A stretch of DNA of 15,940 nucleotides, taken from assembly GCF_006345805.1 (NCBI RefSeq), contig NW_021825250.1, positions 1 through 15,940 on the forward strand, in the 5' to 3' direction. Below are positions 1 through 9,922 of the stretch, piece after piece; the stretch's first letter is position 1; each line of letters begins with the position of its first letter. The position numbers and the translations under genes were made by a program. The notes beneath the pieces were generated by a model, which did not search any database, was not told where the DNA came from, and worked only from the letters and a program-made list of their open reading frames with translations. The DNA comes from Octopus sinensis (lineage: Eukaryota).

Positions 1-146
1 ACCTTATTCTCTCATATGTATATATATATATATTATAATATATATATTATATATATATATATATATAATACATCATACATACATGTGTGATGCACAGATT
101 TAAGAGCGAGCCATATTATATACAATACTCCATTGATTATGGTAAT

Positions 147-298
147 TCGTAACGTGGTTAGAAACTTGCTTTCCAACCATATGGTTCCGGGATCAGTCCC
201 ACTGCGTCGCAGCTGAGAAAAGTATCTTCTCCTACAGTCTCGTCCGACCAAAGCCCCGTGAGTGCAATTGGTAGACGGAAACTGAAAGAAGCCCGTCG
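147..298 (+). mobile_element. tRNA-derived SINE family A, 5' head only, diverged copy
   Basis: Aligns by eye with 483-646 and 686-849 (ccaaccatatggttccgggatcagtcccactgcgt...ggtagacggaaactgaaagaagcccgtcg); followed by an AT tract. Confidence 0.85.
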
Positions 299-482
299 TA
301 TTTATATATTTAATATACACAGATATGATGATGCCCTGATAAGGAAAGTTTGTCATGGAAGGAACGGCCTTGATTGTTAGTTTGTTCGCTGAGAGTTACT
401 CCGGGACAAACAACAACGATGACTTTAGGGACGATTATTGCAATAACAGCGACGATAGGAATATCGGAAACGTCTGCATAAT

Positions 483-645
483 AGGCGCCGGAGTGGCAGT
501 GTGGTAAGTAGCTTGCTTACCAACCACATGGTTCCGAGTTCAGTCCCACTGCGTGGCACCTTGGGTAATTGTCTTCTACTATAGCCTCGGGCCGACCAAA
601 GCCTTGTGAGTGGATTTGGTAGACGGAAACTGAAAGAATCCCGTC

Positions 646-646
<1 letters not shown>
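483..646 (+). mobile_element. tRNA-derived SINE family A, 5' head
   Basis: A-box-like tggcagtgtgg (494-504), B-box-like gagttcagtccc (536-547); ends ...gaatcccgtcg then (TA)n at 647-685. Confidence 0.9.
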
Positions 647-685
<39 letters not shown>

Positions 686-688
<3 letters not shown>

Positions 689-1082
689 TGCAGGAGTGGC
701 GGCGTGGTAAGTAGCTCGCTTACCAACCACATGATTCCTGGTTCAGTCCCACTGCGTGGCACCTTGGGCAAGTGTCTTCTACTATAGCCTCGGGATGATC
801 AAAGCCTTGTGAGTGGATTTGGTAGACGGAAACTGAAAGAACCCCGTCGTATATATGTATATATGTATGTGCCTGTTTGTGTGTCTGTGTTTGCGCCCCC
901 AACGTCTCTTGACAACCGATGCTGGTGTGTTTACGTCCCCGTCACCTAGCGGTTCGGCAAAAAGAGACCGATAAAATAAGTACTGGGCTTACAAAGAATA
1001 AGTACCCGGGGTCGATTTGATCGACTAAAGGCGGTGCTCCAGCATGGCCGCAGTCAAAATGACTGAAACAAGTAAAAGAGAG
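686..1082 (+). mobile_element. SINE family A, apparently full length (head + internal TA/TG microsatellite + body + LINE-like tail)
   Basis: Head 686-849 is close to 483-646; body 870-1082 matches 11221-11394; tail ggcggtgctccagcatggccgc (1030-1051) matches the LINE end at 13043-13064. Confidence 0.9.
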
Positions 1083-1561
1083 TAATAATAATATTATTGG
1101 CCAACAACAATAATAACAACGATAATATGAGAAACAAGAAGAAAGAGAAAGACGTCTGCGCCATCATTATCATCAACAAGAGGAATAATAAGAGGAAGGA
1201 CGCTGTCAATAATATGAATGTCAGGAATGATGTCGTCATCAGCGGAAGAAGATAACAGCTACAAGAGGAACAATTAAAAAATCTTCAGGAATATTAACAA
1301 CAACAATGACATCAGTAGCAGTAGCAGTGGCAGTAGTAGCAGGAGCAGTAGCAGCAGCAGTAGCAGCAGTAGCAGCAGCAGCAGCGGCAGTAGCAGCAGC
1401 AGCAGCAGCAGTAGCAGCGGCAGTAGCAGCAGCAGCAGCAGCAGCGCAGTCATCAGCAGCAGTAGCGCAGCACAGCAGTCAGCAGCAGCAGTAGTAGCAG
1501 TAGCAGCAGCAGTAGCAGCAGTAGCAGTAGCAGTAGCAGTAGTAGCAGTAGCAGCAGCAGT

Positions 1562-1602
<41 letters not shown>

Positions 1603-2991
1603 CAGTAGCAGCAGCAGCAGTAGCAGTAGCAGTAGCAGTAGCAGCAGCAGCAGCAGTAGTAGTAGCAGTAGTAGCAGCAGCAGCAGCAGTAGTAGCAGTA
1701 GCAGCAGCAGTAGAAGCAGCAGTAGCAGTAGCAGTAGCAGCAGCAGCAGCAGTAGTAGCAGCAGCAGTAGTAGCAGTAGCAACAGCAGTAGCAGCAGTAG
1801 CAGCAGCAGCAGTAGCAGCAGCAGTAGCAGCAGCAGTAGTAGCAGTACAGCAGCATAGCAGCAGTAGCAGCAGCAGTACGCAGTAGCAGTAGCAGTAGCA
1901 AGCAGCAGCAGTAGCAGCAGCTGTAGCAGCAGCAGCAGCAGTATCAGCAGCACAGCAGTACAGCAAGCAGCAGCAGCAGTAGCAGCACAGCCAGCATCAG
2001 CAGTAGCGAGCAGCATGGCAGTAGCAGCAGCAGCAGAGCAGCAGCATCATAGCATTAGCAGTAGCAGTAGCACAGCATGGCAGTAGCAGCAGAGCACAGC
2101 AGCAGCAAGTAGCAGCAGCAAGCACTAGAAGCAGAGCAGTAGCAGAGCATAGTTTTTTTCAATTTTTTTTAACGCAGTCAGTAGCACAGCAATAGCATAG
2201 CAGCAGTGGCCTAGCAGCAGCAGCACAGCAGCAGCAGCAGCAGCAGTCAGCTCACAGCAGCAGCACTAGAAGCAGCAGCAGTAGCAGCAGCAGCGCAGTA
2301 GCAGCAGCAGCACAGCAGCAGCAGCAGCATAGCAGCAGCAGTAGTAGTAACTGCAGCATTAGCAGCAATAGCAGTAGCACAGCACATCAGCAGCACATCA
2401 GCAACAATAACAATAAAGAAGGCTTTGGTAATAATAATAACAGCACCAAGAACAGAAAATAACTGCAACAACAACAGCAACAACAGCCGCAGCAAAAACA
2501 ACAATAGCAACAGCAGCAACAAAGAAAGCTTTAGTTAATAACAACAGCAACACCGTTAGCAGCAGCAACAGCAACAACAACAACAACAACAACAACGATA
2601 ACAGCAACAACAACAACAACAACAGTAACAGCCACAACAATAACGACAAAAGCGATAGCAACTGTAGCAGTAACAACAATAACAAAGAATTAGTAACAAT
2701 AACAACAACAACAGCGGCAGCAGAAATAATATTAACGACATCTTCATCATCATCATCATCATCACCACCATCGTAATCAACATCTTCATCATCATCACCA
2801 TTATCATCATCATCATCATCATCATCATCATCGTAATCATCCTCATCATCATCTTCATCATCACCAATATCATCATCATCATCATCGTAATCAACATCTT
2901 CATCATAATAACCATCACCATTATCATCATCATCATCATTATCATCATCATCATCGTAATCATCATCATCATCATCATCGTAATCAACATC

Positions 2992-3024
<33 letters not shown>

Positions 3025-3123
3025 GTAATCGTCATCATCATCATCGTAATCATCATCATCATCGTAATCATCATCATCGTCATCGCCATCATCATCATCA
3101 TCATCATCATCGTCGTCGTCATC

Positions 3124-3168
<45 letters not shown>

Positions 3169-3263
3169 GTAATCATCATCATCATCGTAATCATCATCAT
3201 CGTCATCGCCATCATCATCATCATCATCATCATCGTCGTCGTCATCATCATCATCATCACCAC

Positions 3264-3322
<59 letters not shown>

Positions 3323-3560
3323 ACAAGAGCAATTAGAAGACCGTTTCCGTCAACAAATACAACAGCGGCACTCACTACATGGACAAGAAAAAAAAAATCA
3401 ACAAAATATTAGGAACAACGACAAAAACAACAACAACAACAACAGCAACAACAACAAAATAACAACCGGAATGTCATCAACAACACAATGGGTACATCAT
3501 AACAAAACGCGAGCAGCAGCAGCGGCAGCAGCAGCAGCAGCAGACAACAACAGCAGCAAC
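1083..3560. repeat. Compound trinucleotide block: (CAG/TAG)n ~1306-2400, (CAA/TAA)n ~2400-2738, (CAT)n ~2739-3321, (CAA/CAG)n to ~3560
   Basis: Directly visible; explains the poly-A/L/C/D/M ORFs in the track. Confidence 0.97.
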
Positions 3561-3699
3561 AAAAACATTAGAGTTGTATAAAACAACGGAAGAAAAATTA
3601 AATTTTAAAAAAGATAAATGTAAAAAATAAAAAAATAAAAAAATAAATGGAAAGAAAAAATCGTACGAGGAAATCAATCTAATGACAATTAATGAACAA

Positions 3700-3835
3700 A
3701 TCAATAATTAGGTTTATATTTAATTATATTTAATGTATGGCGTATTAAATAGTTAACTAGAAATAATTATGTGGGGAGGTCGATAGATCGATAGATCGAT
3801 AGATCATAACATTAGTTTTGCTTTAATATGGTTTT
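3700..3835. repeat. ~1.5 units of an AT-rich ~90-bp minisatellite
   Basis: Contains gttaactagaaataattatgtgg...gatcgatagat, the same motifs as 5322-6075. Confidence 0.75.
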
Positions 3836-3837
3836 CC

Positions 3838-4421
3838 CATACATCATCCTGTGATGCACCTGGACATATAACTCTGTGATGTTTCCCTGAGACCATTAGT
3901 TGCTTCGGGTCTTTGAACAATTAGAAACCTTCACCCTGGTGATTCAGTCGGGGTTGATCAACCCCCAGGTTGTTAGATCTACCCGTGCTAGAACCACCCG
4001 TGTTAGCACTGCCCTTTCCAGGACTTGCACGTTTTGACCAACAGCCAACCATTTGGATTTTCCTCTACTGGGAGTTCGTTAGGTGTTTCGGGTCTTTAGA
4101 TATCAGACACCTTTATCCAAGCAATCTACCCAAAGTTGACTAAACCCCAGATTACACTCAGTTATCACGGCCCCATCCAGGGCTTTGCCCTCTTGATTCT
4201 CAGCCACGTTGATGTTGTTATTGTTACTGAGCTGCCTTCACAGCCAGCTTGACAACCTTCTGTTTACTGGCCCTTGTGACGCCCCTCAGCTTGTTATAAG
4301 CTCTATCTAGGGTCTGGACTGCAATCCGTCTACATCTCACCTCGAAGGGATCTCATCTTGTTTGTCACCCACTAATTTGGTTACAATTTCATCAGCTCAG
4401 CATATTTCCTTCTCTTTTGTT
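3838..4421 (-). mobile_element. Decayed 3' end of an RLE-type non-LTR retrotransposon (HERO-like), copy 1
   Basis: Minus strand 4419->4171, with stops and frameshifts, reads QKRRKYAELM..G*QTR*DPFEVRCRRIAVQTLDRAYNKLRGVTRASKQKVVKLAVKAAQ..STWLRIKRAKPW. This matches my recollection of HERO C-termini (ERKRAKY..GW..RC.P.EVGCRGF...AAE.ASRWLWIKRGEPW). It is followed by a 3' UTR with the perfect palindrome ggggttgatcaacccc (3950-3965). Confidence 0.8.
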
Positions 4422-4423
4422 TG

Positions 4424-4500
4424 ACCAGAAATAATTTCGTGGTTGAGATTGACGAATCGATAAATCCATAAATCAATAATTTAAGTTTGTGCTAACATAG
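4424..4500. repeat. One unit of the ~90-bp minisatellite between the two HERO-like copies
   Basis: ccagaaataatttcgtggttgagattgacgaatcgat...aataatttaagtttgtgctaacatag matches the 5322-6075 units. Confidence 0.7.
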
Positions 4501-4509
4501 ATTTTCAAT

Positions 4510-5315
4510 AGATCATCCTGTGATGTACTTGGACACATCATCTGTGATGTTTCGCGAGGTCATTGGGTGTTTGGAAACTTTCATCATCAAGACACATTTA
4601 TCCAGTGACCCAGCGAACATTTGACCATGCCCCAGCTTGTGTCAAGTTAGCATTACCCTTGGTTTCACTGCTCCTTCCAGGGCTCATACTTTCTGAACTG
4701 CAGCCTCATTCATGCATTCTCCGCTATCTACCCCGGCCAACCCTGTGGCTTTCCCACTACTGGGAGTTCATTAAGTGCTCCGAAAATTTCAACATCAGAC
4801 ACCATCACGCAGGTGATCCAACCAGGGTTTATGAGACCCCATTTGTGTCCAGTTAGCACTACACTTGACCACACAGCCACATCCAATCACCTTTGATCAA
4901 AAGCCTTTTTAAAGCAACCTTTATTCCTACAGCCAACCTTAAAGCCCTCCGCCTACTGGATGTTCAGTAGCTGTTGTGTGTCGTTTTAACATCAGACACC
5001 CTCATCCAGATGACTCAGCTGGAGTTGATCAACCCCAGGTTGCGTCTCATTAACACCACTACTTGTGGCACTGCCCCTTCCATGGCTCACCCCTCACATT
5101 GGCACAACCTCTGCTGCCTCCATAGCCAACCTAATGTCCTTCCGCCCACGGGGGCCCTATATTGCTCAGCATGGTCCAGGCTCTGCAGAGGAACTAGTCT
5201 GCAAATGTTCTGCATCCGACCCTCGGTGGAATCACACCTCGATTGCCAGCCATTCCTTTGGTATAACTCTACCAGCTCGGTATATTTCGTTCTCTTACTC
5301 TCGTTGAACGACAAA
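4510..5315 (-). mobile_element. Decayed 3' end of an RLE-type non-LTR retrotransposon (HERO-like), copy 2, with a triplicated ORF-end/UTR module
   Basis: Minus strand 5310->5074 with frameshifts reads FNESKRTKYTELVELYQRNGWQSRCDSTE/VGCRTFAD*FLCRAWTML../RKDIRLAMEAAEV../RGEPWKG. The marker atcagacacc recurs at 4991, 4794 and (degenerate) 4586. Confidence 0.82.
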
Positions 5316-5321
5316 CAATTA

Positions 5322-6075
5322 CACAGTGAGATAGAGAGGTAGATCGATATATCGATAAGTCAATAATTTAGTATAATGTTAACATAATTAATGATGGAGT
5401 ATTAATTAGTTAACCAGAAGGAACAAAGAATTATTTGGTATGACATACTGGTAGATTGATCGATACGTCAATAATTTGGTCTTGTGTTAATATATAGAGT
5501 ATTAATTAGAAATTAACTAGAGGTAATTATGCGTGGAGATAGACAGATCGATCAATAGATCAATAATCTATTTTTCTGTTAAAATAATGCTTGGATTATT
5601 AATAGGTTAACTAGAAATAATTATGTAGTGAGATAGAAAGATCGATATAGATCCGTAATATAGTTCGTGTTAACATAGTTAATGTATGGAGAATTAATTT
5701 GTTAGTTAAAAAGAGGGAATTATGCGGGGAGATCGACAGATCGATAATTTGCTTCTTTGTGTTAACATATTTAATGCAAGGAATACTTCATTAGTTAAGT
5801 AAAAATAATTATGTTTTGAGATAGTTAGATCGATAGATAGATTAGTAATTGAGTTTGTGTTGACATTTAATGACAGAGCATTAGTTATCTACAAGTTATT
5901 ATATGGTGAGATAGATAGATCGATGGATCGATAATTTAGTTTCCTGATAGAGTATTAGTTAACTACACGTAATTATATGGTGAGATAGGCAAATCTATGG
6001 ATCGATAATTGAGTTTGTTTTAACATATCTTATGATGGAATTAATTAGCTAGAAATAATTTCATGATGAGACAGA
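5322..6075. repeat. Diverged AT-rich minisatellite, ~8 units of ~75-110 bp
   Basis: A gagat(ag)-type marker recurs near 5328, 5440, 5536, 5629, 5729, 5818, 5908, 5982 and 6068; shared motifs are gatcgatagat, gtgttaacata and gttaactagaaataattatg. Confidence 0.85.
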
Positions 6076-6239
6076 ACAGGACAGAGATAGGTTAGTTTCA
6101 ATACGTTTACTGAATAATGACGGCGATAAAGAAAAGTACGAGTTAAGTACTGTACCTAACAAATCTACTATACCCCTATCTACGAAATTCTGGCCCTGTA
6201 CCTACATTGACTTGTCTTGGGCCCCCAGCTATCAATACT

Positions 6240-6469
6240 TATTTCTTTATTGCCCACAAGGGGCGAAACATAGAGGGGAATAACATGGACAGACAAAGGG
6301 ATTAAGTCGATTACATCGACCGCACTGCGTAACTGATACTTAATTTATTGACCCCGAAAGGATGAAAGGCAAAGTCGACCTCGGCGGAATTTGAACTCAG
6401 AACGCAGCGGCGGACAAAATACCACAAAGCATTTCGCCCGGTGTGCTAACGATTCTGCCAGCTTGCTCC
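6240..6469 (-). mobile_element. tRNA-derived SINE family B flanked by a 12-bp direct repeat
   Basis: Reverse complement aligns with 14996-15213 (ctggcagaatcgttagcac...cctttcatcctttcggggtcaataaattaagta); gctatcaatact occurs at 6228-6239 and 6470-6481. Confidence 0.9.
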
Positions 6470-6627
6470 GCTATCAATACTGTCGTAGGAGTCATGACAA
6501 ATCGTGAAACAATCTTTTTTGTCAACCTTCCCTAGTATGTTTGCCAGAGTTCGGCTCTCCGCTAAATGATTTACTCGCATTTTCTTTGATGTTACAATCA
6601 GACAGGCTTCATAGAATCGTTAATGCG

Positions 6628-6782
6628 AAGGTGGTAGTTTGGCAGAACCGCTAGAGCGTCGAAGGAAAAGCGTTGTAGCAATTCTTCCGGCGCTTTACGT
6701 TCTGAGTTCAAACCCTTCCAAGGTCAATTTCGCTCTTTAATCGATTCTGAGGTCGGTAAAATAAAGTACCAGACAATTATAG
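6628..6782 (+). mobile_element. SINE family B, 3'-truncated; part of a 174-bp duplicate of 8359-8532
   Basis: Motifs tttggcagaa...tacgttctgagttcaaa...ggtcggtaaaataaagtaccag; 167/174 identical to 8359-8532. Confidence 0.85.
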
Positions 6783-7124
6783 CAATAATCCACAAAAGAG
6801 TATAGCGAACTTGACGTGAACAATAGAGACTTCGACGATTCGGAGAGAGTCCTTCTTCAGAGAAAAGTTAACAGGAGAGAAATTAAAGAGATGCAACTGA
6901 GTTTTACGCGTTGTGTGTTAGGAAAAAAAGATCGGAACTGATAAAGAACGCAAGACCACCGGAGATTCATTTGCGGAACGGAAGCATACCTTAGACAGGA
7001 AGCATTCCCTGGACAGGAAGCTATTCTTTGGTATTGTATATCTATCCTACCCTAACCCTATCTACTCAATATTAACATAAATTTGTTTGAAATTTTAAGG
7101 TGTTTCCATTATTTTGTCCAACCC

Positions 7125-7176
<52 letters not shown>

Positions 7177-7195
7177 GTATATGTGTATATATTTA

Positions 7196-7268
7196 TAATA
7201 TTTTGTGAAATTTGATTTAGTATTTCTAAATTTAATTGTTTTCTGTAAGTTTGGAATAATATCCCCTC

Positions 7269-7270
<2 letters not shown>
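7196..7270 (+). repeat. Short TA-adjacent interspersed repeat, copy 1
   Basis: ttgtgaaattt...ctgtaagtttggaataatatcccctc aligns with 13935-14012; both run into (TA)n. Confidence 0.7.
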
Positions 7271-7319
<49 letters not shown>

Positions 7320-7474
7320 TTCTTTATTTCGTATATTTTCATCTGTCTTGCTTATTTTTACATTCTTGCATTTGCTGAAATTTTCTTGAGAACACACTCT
7401 TCTTGGTAAGGTGATTTGACGTCATCTTTAGCACATTAGGATTCATTTTGGTGGTCATTCCTCTTAGTTTGTAT

Positions 7475-7533
<59 letters not shown>

Positions 7534-7679
7534 CATATATTATATTAAATTAGAGATAAAACCACTATTAGGCAAATCAACAATGAAAAACTTAAGCCAA
7601 TACATAAAATTAATTAATTTATATTATTTTAAATATATATCAAAAGTATTAAAAGTTTAATAAAAGATAATGAGTAAAA

Positions 7680-7748
7680 CACAACGATCGTTCATGGCTG
7701 TCCAATTCGTAATAATTCGAGTTATGGTTATAGTCAATCTTCAGGTGA
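7680..7748 (-). ncRNA. Degenerate type I hammerhead relic, Penelope-like, in a TA-flanked island (~7546-7780)
   Basis: Minus strand reads cac-CTGAAGA-[ttgactat...acagccat]-GAAC-gatc-GTT-gtg. One A of GAAA is missing and stem II has mismatches; stem III loop is a palindrome (gatc). Confidence 0.4.
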
Positions 7749-7812
7749 TTGAAATATTATCTTAGCGAGGTTTAGCAATGATGTATATATACATTTATAT
7801 GTATATACATAC

Positions 7813-7906
<94 letters not shown>

Positions 7907-8008
7907 GTATATATATGTGTGTGTATACATAAACTTTCCCTTCATATATATATATATACATATGCATGTATACATATATATGCAAGTGTCTATGTGTGTA
8001 AGAAATAG

Positions 8009-8045
8009 GGCGTGCTCCATCATGACTGAAACAAGTATAAGAATA
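8009..8045 (+). mobile_element. Tiny, internally deleted 3' tail of SINE family A
   Basis: ggcgtgctccatcatgactgaaacaagtataagaata compared with ggcggtgctccagc...atgactgaaacaagtaaaagag at 1030-1080. Confidence 0.55.
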
Positions 8046-8244
8046 CACACGCACACACACTCACACAGGCACGCATATTTATATGTACACTCACACATCT
8101 CGTCGTCGTATATTTTTTTTAGATACAGCGTATCGAAGTCTGAAATATCGTTGGCAATATGGAAGCGCGAACGCGTGAGGACCTGTCAATGACCTGCTTG
8201 AAATAGTAACGTTATCTCCCTCCAATCACGTTCTGGTTTCCAAT

Positions 8245-8325
8245 CAAAGATTGAATTTGCCTTTCATCATTCTGGGGGTCAATAAAATCAAACACGGGTC
8301 AAGTATCGATCTCGATCGCATCGAT
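8245..8325 (+). mobile_element. Old, degenerate SINE family B central segment
   Basis: tttgcctttcatcattctgggggtcaataaaatc resembles tttacctttcatcctttcagggtcgatgaaataag at ~15095-15130. Confidence 0.55.
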
Positions 8326-8377
8326 AATTCTCACATATAACATTTCTGGTTTTCTTTCTCATAGAATCGTTAATGCG

Positions 8378-8597
8378 AAGGTGGTAGTTTGGCAGAACCG
8401 CTAGAGCGTCGAAGGAAATGCGTTGTAGCAATTCTTCCGGCGCTTTACGTTATGAGTTCAAACCCTTCCAAGGTCAATTTTGCTCGTTAATCGACTCCGA
8501 GGTCGATAAAATAAAGTACCAGACAATTATAGGTGTTTGATGTAATCACTTTACTCCTTGCCTCCAAAACGTTCTGTCTTGTGCCGAAATCAGAAGC
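8378..8597 (+). mobile_element. SINE family B
   Basis: Same as 6628-6782 but continues through gatgtaatc...cttgtgccgaaat, as in 15150-15205. Confidence 0.88.
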
Positions 8598-8614
8598 AGT
8601 TGTTATTACTGTTG

Positions 8615-8785
8615 GAAGAAAAAGAAATAGGAGGCGTAAGAGAATAAAGAACGAAATAGAAAATGAAGAAGAATGAAGAAAATGAAGAAGAAAATAAAGA
8701 ATGAAGAAGAAAAAAAGTGAAGAAAGAAGAAAAGAATGGAGAATGATGAAAAAGAATACGAAAAAGAAGTTGATTAAAAAAAAAA
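8615..8785. repeat. Purine-rich (GAA/AAT) low-complexity tract
   Basis: gaagaaaatgaagaa-type repeats are visible. Confidence 0.85.
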
Positions 8786-9028
8786 TATATATATATATAT
8801 ATATTTATTAATCAATATAGGGAGGCAAAAAAATTTTGTAGAATTCTTTTGCCCCCAGCGGCCTAGTGGGAAAAAATTAAATAGTCATAACCATTTTTAA
8901 GTTCAATATCACAATCAAGGAACGGCCATAATAGGCCATACCCACTAGAAAAACAGCCAAAAAGCTTCAACCGCAAAATAACATTAATTCCGTAAACCAG
9001 GAGAAAATTAAAAAACATTTACCCTGAA

Positions 9029-9134
9029 ATTCCTTATACGATGCACCGTTTCGTCTACTGTTTAATGGTAAACTAACCTGATAAATTAAATCAAGCCAAT
9101 CTACCATAGGCCCTTAGATTCATCAGTAAGGAAT
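9029..9134 (-). ncRNA. Type I hammerhead ribozyme, copy L1 (core intact)
   Basis: Minus strand: attcctta-CTGATGA-atcta...tagac-GAAA-cgg tgca tc-GTA-taaggaat; predicted cut between 9037 and 9036. Confidence 0.8.
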
Positions 9135-9519
9135 AGCCAAATCGGAACAGATATTTTTCACGAGGCATTCCCGTCCATGCCTCGCCAATATCTGACCTAA
9201 AATTTTCAAATCGTCGCACACTCGCGCCAAATTTATCGGCAGCAAATAAATATAAGCCGCCGATTCCATTACGGAACCAACCAGAAAATTCATGATTAAT
9301 CAATATAGGGAGGCAAAATAATTTTGTAGAATTCTTTTGCCCCCAGCGGCCTAGTGGGAAAAAATTAAATAGTCATAAACCATTTTTAAGTTCAATATCA
9401 CAATCAAGGAACGGCCATAATAGGCCATTCACCCACTAGAAATAACAGCCAAAAAGCTTCAACCGCAAAATACATTAATTCCGTAAACCAGGAGAAAATT
9501 AAAAAACATTTACCCTGAA

Positions 9520-9625
9520 ATTCCTTATATCGATGCACCGTTTCGTCTACTGTTTAATGGTAAACTAACCTGATAATTAAATCAAGCCAATCTACCATAG
9601 GCCCTTAGATTCATCAGTAAGGAAT
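9520..9625 (-). ncRNA. Type I hammerhead, copy L2 (1-nt insertion next to the cleavage triplet)
   Basis: Same as L1 but reads tcgATAtaagg instead of tcGTAtaagg; this is a real lesion or a consensus error. Confidence 0.65.
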
Positions 9626-9815
9626 AGCCAAATCGGAACAGATATTTTTCACGAGGCATTCCCGTCCATGCCTCGCCAATATCTGACCTAAAATTTTCAA
9701 ATCGTCGCACTCGCGCCAAATTTATCGGCAGCAAATAAATATAAGCCGCCGATTCCATTACGGAACCAACCAGAAAATTCATAATTAATCAATATAGGGA
9801 GGCAAAAATTTGGCT

Positions 9816-9922
9816 ATTCCTTACTGATGAATCTAAGGGCCTATGGTAGATTGGCTTGATTTAATTTAATCAGGTTAGTTTACCATTAAACAGTAGACGA
9901 AACGGTGCATCGTATAAGGAAT
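9816..9922 (+). ncRNA. Type I hammerhead ribozyme, copy R1 (core intact)
   Basis: Stem I attcctta 9816-9823 / taaggaat 9915-9922; CTGATGA 9824-9830; GAAA 9899-9902; stem III ACGG/TCGT around loop TGCA; GTA 9912-9914, predicted cut after 9914. Confidence 0.85.

Noticed and set aside
430-482. Hammerhead-like cgata-ggaa-tatcg-GAAACGTC-tgca
   Set aside because: Stems and GAAA are present but there is no CUGANGA core; at best a heavily decayed relic.
1274-2522. Poly-Ala, poly-Leu, poly-Cys and poly-Gln ORFs
   Set aside because: They are translations of the (CAG/TAG)n tract; phase breaks down repeatedly after ~1845.
2398-3375. Asp-rich 325-aa ORF as an Aspein-like biomineral protein
   Set aside because: It is a (GAT)n microsatellite with no signal peptide or unique domain, and lies within a larger compound triplet block.
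4563-5342. Plus-strand ORFs of 97, 122 and 80 aa, and an apparent acceptor at 4510-4511
   Set aside because: They are antisense to the HERO-like remnant, which explains the sequence better.
6825-6865. Minus-strand CTGAAGA...GTCGAAG motif
   Set aside because: GAAA, stem III and stem I are not satisfied.
6980-7062. Three 18-bp repeats (ggaagcat...aca) and a ccctaaccct motif as telomeric or regulatory sequence
   Set aside because: Too short and degenerate to assign; only one telomere-like unit.
7339-8192. YI-rich ORFs
   Set aside because: They are translations of (TA)n and (CA)n tracts.
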